From Octopus bimaculoides (Eukaryota), in contig NC_068981.1 in NCBI RefSeq assembly GCF_001194135.2, forward strand, positions 186,302,245-186,335,183: DNA of 32,939 nucleotides. The letters are read 5' to 3'. The number at the start of each line of letters is the position of its first letter. Positions within the stretch are counted from its first letter, which is position 1. The position numbers and the translations under genes are program-made. Positions 1 through 11,070 of the stretch are shown one piece after another. The notes under the pieces are model-generated. The model did not search any database. It saw only the letters and a list, made by a program, of their open reading frames with translations, and was not told the origin of the DNA.

Positions 1-120
1 TATATATATATATATATATATATATGTATACATACTCTTGTATATACAGGTACATACACATGTAGACATATACAGACATATGTATACACACATATATACA
101 TATACGTACATACATACGTA
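1..120. repeat. (TA)n / (TACA)n compound microsatellite
   Basis: Pure TA run followed by degenerate TACA/TA units. Confidence 0.95.
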
Positions 121-499
121 CATGCGTAATCTTCATTGCATATGATATTTCATGGTAGGCGAACGAGTAGAAACGAAAACTTAAGCAAAATAAAAAAACA
201 TATTAGTCGATATATAGATCCGTTGCATTAAAAGCTTCTACCAAATATTGCAGTTTGTGCACCTAGAAGCATCCACACAAAAAGGTGGAGAGGCGGGGAC
301 ACCGCCAGAGCGAAAAGAGGGGTCGGTCTAAAACAAAGATAGTCTGTATTACGCAGAGAATCCAATCATATTAACAGCATGTGGTGAATATATAATGGGA
401 TTTTGTTAAGTAATCAGTTAAACATGTGCTGCTAACATAAAACGGCAAAGAACGCCTTAAGACGAGTATTACTTAACTTGTTCTTTCTGGGTTGAGCTA

Positions 500-1030
500 G
501 TTTCACCAGCGACACCATCGCCATCGTGAGAAGCAATGCGATCTATGTAATCAATGTGACCGGCGTTGGCATCGTCGTAGACATCATCATCATCGTCATC
601 ATCATCATCGTCATCATCATCATCATCATCGTCATCATCATCATCGTCATCATCATCATCGTCATCATCATCATCGTCATCATCATCATCGTCATCATCA
701 TCATCGTCATTACCGTCGCCTTCATCATCGTCATCCTTAACATCTTCGTCATGGCCATCGTCATCTCTTGATTATCTTCATTATTAACGTCATCACGTGA
801 TAACCATCACCCGCATCATCGTCACCATCATCGTCGTCGTCGCCGTGGATGTCATCGTCATTACCTTCCCTTCGTTGCCATGAAAACCATCTACATCATC
901 ATTAATATAATCAGTATCTTTCGTCGTCGTCATCATCATCATCATCGTCATCATTGTAATCACCATCATCGTCGACAGTAGTAACATTGTTCTTATCGTC
1001 ACCATTGATATTTCAAACACACCTCATCAT
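500..1030. repeat. (CAT)n/(CGT) trinucleotide low-complexity tract with a mainly 15-bp higher-order unit CATCATCATCATCGT
   Basis: Near-perfect repeat at about 582-708, flanked by degenerate CAT/CGT/CAC triplets. Confidence 0.95.
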
Positions 1031-1185
1031 CTATGATATTATCATTGACATATCAACGAGGTTCGGTTTCCTGTTCTACTTCTGGTAGGATTGTTAGGTT
1101 ATCGGAAAAACTGCGTTGCGGTATTCCATCTCTCAAATCCAGTAACCCCTCAAAATGCCTGGCCTGGCGCCAAAACCTGAAGCTA

Positions 1186-1188
<3 letters not shown>

Positions 1189-1239
<51 letters not shown>
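1189..1239. repeat. (TTA)n microsatellite
   Basis: Perfect trinucleotide run. Confidence 0.97.
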
Positions 1240-1240
<1 letters not shown>

Positions 1241-1244
1241 AGAG

Positions 1245-1720
1245 ACAAGCTGGCACAAATGTTAGTACGTCAGACAAAGTGTTTAGTGGGAGTTCCTTTG
1301 ACTCTACATTCTGAGTTCAAACTCGGTCGAGATTGGCTTGGCTTTTCGTCACTTCGGGATCAACACAATAAATAGCAATAATACATTTCTAAATCTCTGA
1401 GAGAGATTTATGCAGTAGTGATACGATGAAGTAGTTGTATGCTGTCATCTTAATGTGACAGTCTCCTGAAGGGAATAATACTACTGTATATTACTATTAA
1501 TAATACTACTGTATACTACTATTCCCCGAAGGGAATAATACTACAGCTTCCTAAGTCTAACCAACGGTAGTATTATTCTCTTCAGGGGAATGTCACATTG
1601 AGTTGACAGCATACAACTACTTCACAATAAATAGCAGTTGACCACTTGGGTCGATATAATCAACTTTTCCCATCGCAGAAAATGGCTCGTCCTGTACCAA
1701 AATTTAAAATCGTTATTATT
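1245..1720 (+). mobile_element. tRNA-derived SINE, family B (AGCTGGCA.A.A.GTTAG head), split by an insertion at 1378-1622
   Basis: 1245-1377 matches the 5' half of the 30640 copy (GTTCTGAGTTCAAA B-box region). 1623-1720 matches the 3' half (GGGTCGAT.TAATC.ACTT ... GT.CCAAAATTT). Confidence 0.75.
1378..1624. mobile_element. Palindromic MITE-like insertion with 58-bp inverted repeats, flanked by a 14-bp direct repeat
   Basis: 1427-1484 is the reverse complement of 1567-1624 at 53/58 positions. CACAATAAATAGCA occurs at 1364-1377 and 1623-1636. Confidence 0.8.
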
Positions 1721-2110
1721 TTTGCTGTTGTTGCCTTATGCCAGTTCTCATCAACATACTAAAGTCTAGAAGCTTTCCACTTAACAGCATACTTTTTTTT
1801 TAGCGGGTTTTCTTTTTTAGGTATGATGTACCTAGGTCTACACCATCTACTGTTTATTTTAGAGGAGAAAAAATAGTGTAGGGCTTAATTTCAAATAGAT
1901 TTTAAAACTGCATCTACCAGCAAGATATAGCCACGTTGACTGCGCAGCCGTATCCTCGTTTACTCCGTGACAGCGTAGCGGTACCCTCGTTAGCTCAAGT
2001 GACCGCGTGGAGAACTGATCATGGGGAAGCAAACTTTTTATCTCCTAGCCTTGCTTGCGCCTATGGCTAAAAATTTAATATAAATTAAGAGCTCTGTAAT
2101 CATATATATA

Positions 2111-2322
2111 CTCTTTTACGCTTTTACTTGTTTCAGTCATTTGACTGCGGCCATGCTGGAGCACCGCCTTTTTAGTCGAGCTAATCGACCCCATGACTTA
2201 TTCTTTGTAAGGCCAGCACTCATTCTATCGGTCTCTTTTGCCGAACCACAAAGTTACGGGGACAGACCTAAACACACCAGCATCAGTTGTCAAGCGAATT
2301 TGGGGGAACAAACAAGACACAT

Positions 2323-2357
<35 letters not shown>

Positions 2358-2525
2358 CATACATACATACGTCGGGCTTCTTTCAGTTTCCGTCTACCAA
2401 ATCCACTCACAAAGGCTTTGGTTGTCCCGAGGCTATAGTAGAAGACACTTGCCCAGAGTGCCACGCAGTGGGACTGAACCCGGAACCATGTGGTTCGTAA
2501 AAAAGCTACTTACCACAGCCACTCC
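2111..2525 (-). mobile_element. tRNA-derived SINE, family A, near full length, with internal (TA/CA) microsatellite
   Basis: Minus strand reads tRNA-like head GTGGTAAG...GGTTCCGGGTTCAGTCCC, core GTGAGTGGATTTGGTAGACGGAAACTGAAAGAAGCCCG and tail ATGACTGAAACAAGTAAAAG. Homologous to 5316, 6850, 17811 and 28598. Confidence 0.9.
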
Positions 2526-3297
2526 GACGCCTATATATATTTTGGTTATGCAACCATGATGTACTACAAAGTATATTAAACGCTTTATCAGTCAATATTG
2601 TGATCCACTGTGTTTGTTGGCAGTGCAGTTAAATCATTTGTTAAGGTTGTATCTGGCTATAAATTCTATAGAAAATCTGTAGAGATAACCATGGCAAGTG
2701 ACAGAAGATATAAAATAAAATATTAAACGAGTTACTTTCCGATTCAAAATTCACAATTCCACTCCTACCGCCATTCATCTAGAAGTGATTATCTCCCTTG
2801 CAATAACTGCCATCAGAGCACACCACGTGTTCAAAATTAACTTAGTCGTAATATTTCTTCTCTATCCTGGTGATTCCCGACGTAATAATATTGAGAATCT
2901 TCAGAATGTTAGTGTTGATACCATAATACTTATCACAACAGTGCTTAGGGAATAAGATATCGGATAATGGGACAGGGTTGTTAAAATGATGTTCGCTGTT
3001 CGGAAAGTATTTCTCATGAATTCGTCAAAGATCAGCAAATCTAATATGTGACGCTAGCCAATTCACTGATATAAGTAGATTAAGGATTAAATTTTGCAAA
3101 ATTATCTTTGAAAGGGGGAACATTATTTTGTTTTAGTGTTTTGTTCAGGAAAATTTAGCGAGCTTAGAATTCATAAACTAAACCTCAGTAGACTTTAAAC
3201 GTTATTTAGCATTATTAAATATATTGCCTGATCGTGTTTAGGACACTTCCGTACAGTAACTCGAAACACGAACATACACTCATGCATAAATAAATAT

Positions 3298-3576
3298 NNN
3301 NNNNNNNNNNNNNNNNNNNNNNNNNNNNNNNNNNNNNNNNNNNNNNNNNNNNNNNNNNNNNNNNNNNNNNNNNNNNNNNNNNNNNNNNNNNNNNNNNNNN
3401 NNNNNNNNNNNNNNNNNNNNNNNNNNNNNNNNNNNNNNNNNNNNNNNNNNNNNNNNNNNNNNNNNNNNNNNNNNNNNNNNNNNNNNNNNNNNNNNNNNNN
3501 NNNNNNNNNNNNNNNNNNNNNNNNNNNNNNNNNNNNNNNNNNNNNNNNNNNNNNNNNNNNNNNNNNNNNNNNNNNN
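3298..3576. other. Assembly gap (279 N)
   Basis: N-run. Confidence 1.
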
Positions 3577-3638
3577 TATATATATATATATATATATATA
3601 TATCTGATGCAATTATGAATGTATTGGTTTCTCTATTC

Positions 3639-3685
<47 letters not shown>

Positions 3686-4639
3686 TACATGTATGTGTGT
3701 ATGTGTGTTCATGTACGCATGCATGTATGTATGTATACACGCCATTTAAACATAGCATTTCATTTTGTATTTCTTCTAAAGACGATCCAAGTTTTACATG
3801 AGAAAAAGATATAGCGATGACGATCAACGTAATTACAATGGACTTATGATATAATTTGAAACAGATATTAATTCATTTCCAGCAGCATTTCTCTAAACGG
3901 TCATATGGATATCTCCACACACAAATATTTTTGATATAGTTCATAGTTCAACAAAGTACTTTTGTTTTGTATTTTTAATCGCCTCGATCGAAACTTGATC
4001 ATAGCAATAGATTAATACAAGCAAAAAGTTCGAAAATATTGATCTTATTCTTTATCTGATTACATCAAGAATATCACTTAGAAATAAGAAGAACGTTGTA
4101 AAAGTTGATAATAATTACGAGTTGGTTTGTGAATTCTCGATTAAATATAAATAAGGAGGATGATAAAACTGTGAACGTTCAATCGTATAGTTTTTATGGA
4201 TTTATGAATATAATAGTCCTCATTTAATTTTAATTGCATTATGTTCGTGATCAAACCCTCGTATTATGTTTCCATTTTGATAGAACAAACTAGTTTAGGT
4301 CTGTGATGGTGCATATCTAATGAAACGATTTTTGTTACTGCAAAATATAATATCGCGTTCACTTGAGGTTTTTTTGTATTTTTATTTCACATCGGAATTT
4401 GTGGATAACGGGTCGGTGGTTACAAATTCCCAAAGGAAATATCACTAATTCACTGTATTGCTAATGCCGGGAGTACCAATTGGGTGTCCAACCCCACACC
4501 TTCCCAAAGGCAGGCTGAAAGCAGCGAGAATTCTGTTTTCTCGCAGATGTTTGGCGTATTTCATTGATATACGCCGATGAAAAATACACATGCACACCCA
4601 CAAACGTACACTACATCCTCATACATAACCAGCACCAAT

Positions 4640-5005
4640 AATCATCATCATCTTCATCATTATCATCATCGTAGTCGTTGATGTCATCGTGATTTAACGT
4701 CCGTTGTCCATGCTGGCATGGGTTCGACGATTTGACTGGGCTGGCATGCTGGAAGGATGCTCCAGACTCCAGTTTGATTTGGTATGGTCTTCTATGAATG
4801 GATGCCTTTCCTAACGCCAAGCACTCCGAGACTTCGGGTGCCATTTGCGTGAAACCGGGGTGCATTTAAGTACCACAGGCACGGGTGTCAATTTGCGTGA
4901 CACTGATATCTGCCATGACTGCGATTTTGGTGGGTTTGATGGGTCTTCTTCACAAGCACGGCATAATGCCAAAGCTCTCGGTTATTGCCTCCGTGAAGCC
5001 CAACA
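4640..5005 (-). mobile_element. 3' end of a retroposon (LINE or LINE-tailed SINE) with a (GAT)n tail
   Basis: GC-richer block containing GGATGCCTTTCCTAACGCCAA, a motif recalled from non-LTR 3' UTRs. It ends in TTTAACGTCCG next to a (CAT)n run that reads as a GAT tail on the minus strand. Clade not assigned. Confidence 0.6.
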
Positions 5006-5036
5006 ATATATATATATATGCCTATACATACATATA

Positions 5037-5315
5037 NNNNNNNNNNNNNNNNNNNNNNNNNNNNNNNNNNNNNNNNNNNNNNNNNNNNNNNNNNNNNNNN
5101 NNNNNNNNNNNNNNNNNNNNNNNNNNNNNNNNNNNNNNNNNNNNNNNNNNNNNNNNNNNNNNNNNNNNNNNNNNNNNNNNNNNNNNNNNNNNNNNNNNNN
5201 NNNNNNNNNNNNNNNNNNNNNNNNNNNNNNNNNNNNNNNNNNNNNNNNNNNNNNNNNNNNNNNNNNNNNNNNNNNNNNNNNNNNNNNNNNNNNNNNNNNN
5301 NNNNNNNNNNNNNNN
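5037..5315. other. Assembly gap (279 N)
   Basis: N-run. Confidence 1.
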
Positions 5316-5590
5316 ACCAAAGCCTTGTGAGTGGATCTGGTAGACGGAAACTGAAAGAAGCCCGTCGTATATATGTATACATATATGTATGCATGTGTGT
5401 GTGTATATTTGTGTGTCTGCGTCTGTTCCCCCAACATCGATTGACAACCGATGCTGGTGTGTTTACGTGCCCGTAACTTAGCGGTTCGGCATAAGTGACG
5501 ATAGAATAAGTACTAGGCTTACAAAGAATAAGTCCTGAGGTCGATTTGCTCGACTAAAGGCGGCGCTCCACCATGGCCACAGTCAAGTGA
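5316..5590 (+). mobile_element. SINE family A, 3' portion (5' end lost in gap)
   Basis: ACCAAAGCCTTGTGAGTGGATCTGGTAGACGGAAACTGAAAGAAGCCCGTCG, then microsatellite, then AGTCCTGAGGTCGATTTGCTCGACTAAAGGCGGCGCTCC. Confidence 0.9.
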
Positions 5591-5748
5591 CAGTCGGCAT
5601 TTTTCGAACAATTATGGTCCCTGTTAGTGTATATGAGTTCATTTATGTGGGTTATGTACAGCATTAGAGAATTTTAGCTCTTATTTCTAGGAATGGTGGT
5701 TTTTAACACCCTCGTCACACACACCTCACGCACAAACAAACACACAGA

Positions 5749-6290
5749 GATGAGGCAATTAACATATACCGGACCTTCAATAACACCGACATAAACATCA
5801 TATTCGAGAGTGAACATCCAGACGAATCCGGAACCCTGTCTCTATTCGACTTCCTACTCAAAATCACAGAAGAAGGCTCCATATTTACAAAATTCTATAG
5901 AAAAGCCAGAAATACAAAACTCGCTGTATACTACCAATCAGCCTTACCCACCAGAGCCAAAGCCGCGTACGTAAGAAACGAGTTTGCACGTATAAACAAT
6001 TATTGCAGCAACGTGACCGATAAAGCCGTCTACACCAATCAGTTCGTCAGAGATCTAACCCTGAATGGCCACCCACCGGCTTTACCTAAACAATGGCGCC
6101 TGAGGTAGATCAAGCTCAATAAACCCCGGAAGAACGATCATAACCCCAAGTCCGGCACGTGCTTCCTAAAGCTATCACACTTTGTACGACAGAACTACTG
6201 CGGCGATACAAAACGCAGTCTGCAAGGAAGGACGCGACATACAGTTAATGCACACCGGCTCTGTCCAAAAACAACACCTCACATTACTCT
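5749..6290 (+). pseudogene. PLE reverse transcriptase C-terminal/thumb region, disrupted
   Basis: Frame 1 from 5749 reads DEAINIYRTFNNTDINIIFESEHPDESGTLSLFDFLLKI...FYRK...YYQSALPTRAKAAYVRNEFARINNYCS...LNGHP. Stop at 6106-6108, then CFLKLSHF and a frameshift to AIQNAVCKEGRDIQLMHTG. Absent from the ORF track because it has no start codon. Confidence 0.8.
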
Positions 6291-6302
6291 GAAGAGTGCA
6301 CA

Positions 6303-6623
6303 TTGACGAACCGCCCCATCAATGACCCTGAATTGTACCAGAGGACCTATGTTGTATATGAGATCATCTGTTGCAAACGTGCCGCATCCTACATCGGAAG
6401 TACGACACGAAAACTGCGTATACGCATTAAGGAACACATGCAGGCAGACATTTCAGTGAAGAAACATCTACGGAAATGCCAGACCTGGGAATTCACAGTG
6501 CAAATCAAGGCAACACAGCGGAACAGGAGCAACCTTAGAATCTCTGAGGTCATCCTCATACACCAAAAGAAAGCTAAGATCAACAACAGAAGAGAGTTAC
6601 GGGAAGCTAGCTGGTTGCTATAG
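6303..6623 (+). pseudogene. PLE GIY-YIG endonuclease domain
   Basis: VVYEIICCKRAASYIGSTTRKLRIRIKEH fits the Penelope-type GIY-YIG signature, with IN near the C-terminus. Confidence 0.88.
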
Positions 6624-6849
6624 CAACACCCTTCTATACATGCCCACTCCACACACGCTCTCACATAGGCAACATTCGTCAATTTCTTGAAAATGGTGTC
6701 ATAACGCCGAAATAATGAATACAAGGTAAGTCAACATTAATTCACATATTTGTTTCCTTGTGATTTACCTTGCATTTACTTCGCATTGTTTTGACCTCAC
6801 CCACGATTCTTTATACAATATATATATATGTATGTATATATATATATAT

Positions 6850-6908
6850 GACGTGCTTCTTTCATTTTCCGTCTACCAAATCCTATCACAAGGCTTTGGT
6901 CGGTCCGT
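6850..6908 (-). mobile_element. SINE family A core fragment
   Basis: CTTCTTTCATTTTCCGTCTACCAAATCC.ATCACAAGGCTTTGGTCGG is the reverse complement of the family core. Confidence 0.85.
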
Positions 6909-7848
6909 CTTATCCAAGGAATCATGTAGTTGCGCCTATCGCAAAATTATTTCTAATCTAGATATTTCCAAAGCCCTAACTGCCGCATCGAATTTTTGTT
7001 ATTCCCATGTATATGTATGTACAGACACTCACATACATAAACACGCTAAAATTTATACATATATGCGTGCATGTGTGCGTCTGTTTCTGTGTGCGATTCT
7101 GTGCGTGCGTGTGTGTGAGAATGAGTGTGTGTGTGTGTAAGGGGAATGACGTCTTATTTCTAGTGTTGCTTATTCCTAGTTAACTCGTATCAGTGAGACG
7201 TACAAAATAAAAAATTGTTTAAATTTCCACCACGCCGACTCTATTTAATACCACAATGAACATTTCGGGAGTGATTTTGTTGGTATTTCTAGCAAAATAG
7301 GAACACCTTCCCAAGCTCACGAAAACATTTATTCATCTAGGTGTGCCATATCAAGAAAAAATGTTCGTAATTTTGTATTTTGTCAAATTTTTGTAACCTT
7401 TTAACTAATTAAATTAAAAACGAACCATCGGCGTACATCAAATTATTTTGTCCATTATAAATAGACGTAGATAGATGACATCCATTTCTAATGAGGATGA
7501 TAGTATATCATTGACGTATAGTAACTGTAAATCCAGTCAATCCCAAATATTGCACAGATTCAATGTAAAAAATGAAAATCTTATGCATACAGAAAGCAAA
7601 GCGCACATACACGCATAAACACACATACATACATACATACATATATATATATAGTTACGTAATTACCGAGTGCGTTATGATTTGTCGTAAAATAGACACG
7701 CTAATGAGTGACAAGAAAAGTATATAGAGATTAGATTAACAATAAACTTAAATGCGTTTACGAATACACACATACCTTACATACCCTACACGCTCATCTG
7801 TTTGTATTAGGCCAAGTATCTAATGAACTATATATCTATCTACCTACC

Positions 7849-7851
<3 letters not shown>

Positions 7852-7886
<35 letters not shown>

Positions 7887-7963
7887 TGTGTGTGTGTGTG
7901 CGCCTGTGTGTGTATTCATATATATGTCTGTTTTTCTCTATATCTATCTTAAATTCTGTACAT

Positions 7964-7995
<32 letters not shown>

Positions 7996-7996
7996 G

Positions 7997-8030
<34 letters not shown>
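7852..8030. repeat. (TG)n/(TA)n microsatellites leading into a gap
   Basis: Dinucleotide runs. Confidence 0.95.
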
Positions 8031-8938
8031 NNNNNNNNNNNNNNNNNNNNNNNNNNNNNNNNNNNNNNNNNNNNNNNNNNNNNNNNNNNNNNNNNNNNNN
8101 NNNNNNNNNNNNNNNNNNNNNNNNNNNNNNNNNNNNNNNNNNNNNNNNNNNNNNNNNNNNNNNNNNNNNNNNNNNNNNNNNNNNNNNNNNNNNNNNNNNN
8201 NNNNNNNNNNNNNNNNNNNNNNNNNNNNNNNNNNNNNNNNNNNNNNNNNNNNNNNNNNNNNNNNNNNNNNNNNNNNNNNNNNNNNNNNNNNNNNNNNNNN
8301 NNNNNNNNNNNNNNNNNNNNNNNNNNNNNNNNNNNNNNNNNNNNNNNNNNNNNNNNNNNNNNNNNNNNNNNNNNNNNNNNNNNNNNNNNNNNNNNNNNNN
8401 NNNNNNNNNNNNNNNNNNNNNNNNNNNNNNNNNNNNNNNNNNNNNNNNNNNNNNNNNNNNNNNNNNNNNNNNNNNNNNNNNNNNNNNNNNNNNNNNNNNN
8501 NNNNNNNNNNNNNNNNNNNNNNNNNNNNNNNNNNNNNNNNNNNNNNNNNNNNNNNNNNNNNNNNNNNNNNNNNNNNNNNNNNNNNNNNNNNNNNNNNNNN
8601 NNNNNNNNNNNNNNNNNNNNNNNNNNNNNNNNNNNNNNNNNNNNNNNNNNNNNNNNNNNNNNNNNNNNNNNNNNNNNNNNNNNNNNNNNNNNNNNNNNNN
8701 NNNNNNNNNNNNNNNNNNNNNNNNNNNNNNNNNNNNNNNNNNNNNNNNNNNNNNNNNNNNNNNNNNNNNNNNNNNNNNNNNNNNNNNNNNNNNNNNNNNN
8801 NNNNNNNNNNNNNNNNNNNNNNNNNNNNNNNNNNNNNNNNNNNNNNNNNNNNNNNNNNNNNNNNNNNNNNNNNNNNNNNNNNNNNNNNNNNNNNNNNNNN
8901 NNNNNNNNNNNNNNNNNNNNNNNNNNNNNNNNNNNNNA
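8031..8938. other. Assembly gap
   Basis: N-run. Confidence 1.
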
Positions 8939-9132
8939 AGCCCAATTGTCACGTTTTTATGCATTGATCTGATCTGGTGCATAAATACATTTTTTTTTTC
9001 TAAATATTCTTTTTTTTTTCTTTCTGATTGATCTGTGCACAAGAAGTGAATTTTGGATTTAGCGAAATCATGAACCGGTATGGATTTCTGGAATGGAAGA
9101 AAAAATAAAATTGCAATATTAATAAGGATAAA

Positions 9133-9133
<1 letters not shown>

Positions 9134-9183
<50 letters not shown>

Positions 9184-9190
9184 CAGCAGC
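9134..9190. repeat. (AGT)n microsatellite ending in (AGC)
   Basis: Trinucleotide run. Confidence 0.95.
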
Positions 9191-9997
9191 AAATGCAATA
9201 GTAGTATTAGAGACTTATGACTTAGTATCATACATAATTGTAATTTAGCATTTGTACAGTTTCCAGATTTGTTGAGGTTTTTGCGAATGAAGTTCTTCCC
9301 AGAAACACGCAAACGTTAGTGTTTTGTTCCTTTTCCTTGTAAAGAACGTCCGTTGGCGATCTTCCGGTTGATATTAAATTCCTTATTATGTTGCGTCAGA
9401 CCACAGGCATAATCGAATAGTTTTGTTAAATTCCGCTTTTCTATAGCGTCGACGGAAGTATAATTCTAATTTAATTGTATGAATCTATCTTTCATCATAC
9501 CTACGCTGAGTTAATGCAGGTTATACATGTTTGCATTTATTTACGTTGGTGGAGGTGACGTGTGCTTCATATATAATCGATTCAGCATAGCATGATTTAT
9601 TATAAGATAAAATATTTGTGTTTCTGTATGAAAAATTAGCTTCACATAATCGTAACATTTTATCTTAAGAATTTTCGCTGGAAGTTCACTTGTAATTCAT
9701 TTTAAGTTGTTTCTTTTGAGGATAGTGAAGCAACGACTGCTAAAGCTTGGGCGATTTTAGCAAAAATCCTCGTTTTGAGGGAAAGGTGATGTGGACCAAG
9801 TCATGTTGCGGTGTCTCTTTTTAGTATTAAGTGTCTGTGTGGGGAACGGAATTTATCTTATTTAAGCGGTTATTGTAACAAAAACTTATCTAATAAAATC
9901 TCATTCCATTTAATGGGCAATTGGAGGTGTTCTGCTGATATTATTATGTAGATTTATTGAAATCAGGGCGAATTGCAGGAATATATATATATATATA

Positions 9998-10988
9998 NNN
10001 NNNNNNNNNNNNNNNNNNNNNNNNNNNNNNNNNNNNNNNNNNNNNNNNNNNNNNNNNNNNNNNNNNNNNNNNNNNNNNNNNNNNNNNNNNNNNNNNNNNN
10101 NNNNNNNNNNNNNNNNNNNNNNNNNNNNNNNNNNNNNNNNNNNNNNNNNNNNNNNNNNNNNNNNNNNNNNNNNNNNNNNNNNNNNNNNNNNNNNNNNNNN
10201 NNNNNNNNNNNNNNNNNNNNNNNNNNNNNNNNNNNNNNNNNNNNNNNNNNNNNNNNNNNNNNNNNNNNNNNNNNNNNNNNNNNNNNNNNNNNNNNNNNNN
10301 NNNNNNNNNNNNNNNNNNNNNNNNNNNNNNNNNNNNNNNNNNNNNNNNNNNNNNNNNNNNNNNNNNNNNNNNNNNNNNNNNNNNNNNNNNNNNNNNNNNN
10401 NNNNNNNNNNNNNNNNNNNNNNNNNNNNNNNNNNNNNNNNNNNNNNNNNNNNNNNNNNNNNNNNNNNNNNNNNNNNNNNNNNNNNNNNNNNNNNNNNNNN
10501 NNNNNNNNNNNNNNNNNNNNNNNNNNNNNNNNNNNNNNNNNNNNNNNNNNNNNNNNNNNNNNNNNNNNNNNNNNNNNNNNNNNNNNNNNNNNNNNNNNNN
10601 NNNNNNNNNNNNNNNNNNNNNNNNNNNNNNNNNNNNNNNNNNNNNNNNNNNNNNNNNNNNNNNNNNNNNNNNNNNNNNNNNNNNNNNNNNNNNNNNNNNN
10701 NNNNNNNNNNNNNNNNNNNNNNNNNNNNNNNNNNNNNNNNNNNNNNNNNNNNNNNNNNNNNNNNNNNNNNNNNNNNNNNNNNNNNNNNNNNNNNNNNNNN
10801 NNNNNNNNNNNNNNNNNNNNNNNNNNNNNNNNNNNNNNNNNNNNNNNNNNNNNNNNNNNNNNNNNNNNNNNNNNNNNNNNNNNNNNNNNNNNNNNNNNNN
10901 NNNNNNNNNNNNNNNNNNNNNNNNNNNNNNNNNNNNNNNNNNNNNNNNNNNNNNNNNNNNNNNNNNNNNNNNNNNNNNNNNNNNNNNN
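9998..10988. other. Assembly gap
   Basis: N-run. Confidence 1.
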
Positions 10989-11070
10989 ATATATATTAGA
11001 TGAAAGAGATAACAAAGCCAAGGTTGTGAGGAGTTTTAAGGACATTTATAAGTAAAGATATATAGATATA

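Larger units (their letters stand above)
5707..6731 (+). mobile_element. Penelope-like element (PLE) remnant, 5'-truncated
   Basis: The RT C-terminal region is followed by GIY-YIG and a pLTR-like 3' end, which is the domain order characteristic of PLEs. Contains stops and frameshifts. Confidence 0.88.

Noticed and set aside
4555-4580. Hairpin GGCGTAT/ATACGCC as a pre-miRNA (also GAGGAGTA/TACTCCTC at 26993-27018)
   Set aside because: Stems of 7-8 bp are far too short for a miRNA precursor.
3298-5315. Two gaps of identical length (279 N)
   Set aside because: Most likely a scaffolding estimate, not biology.
7852-11055. Long ORFs of 330-450 aa in the track, and the similar ones at 3215-3745, 4845-5476, 13697-14294 and 29616-30240
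   Set aside because: They are open only because they cross N-gaps; the non-N parts are microsatellite or SINE sequence.
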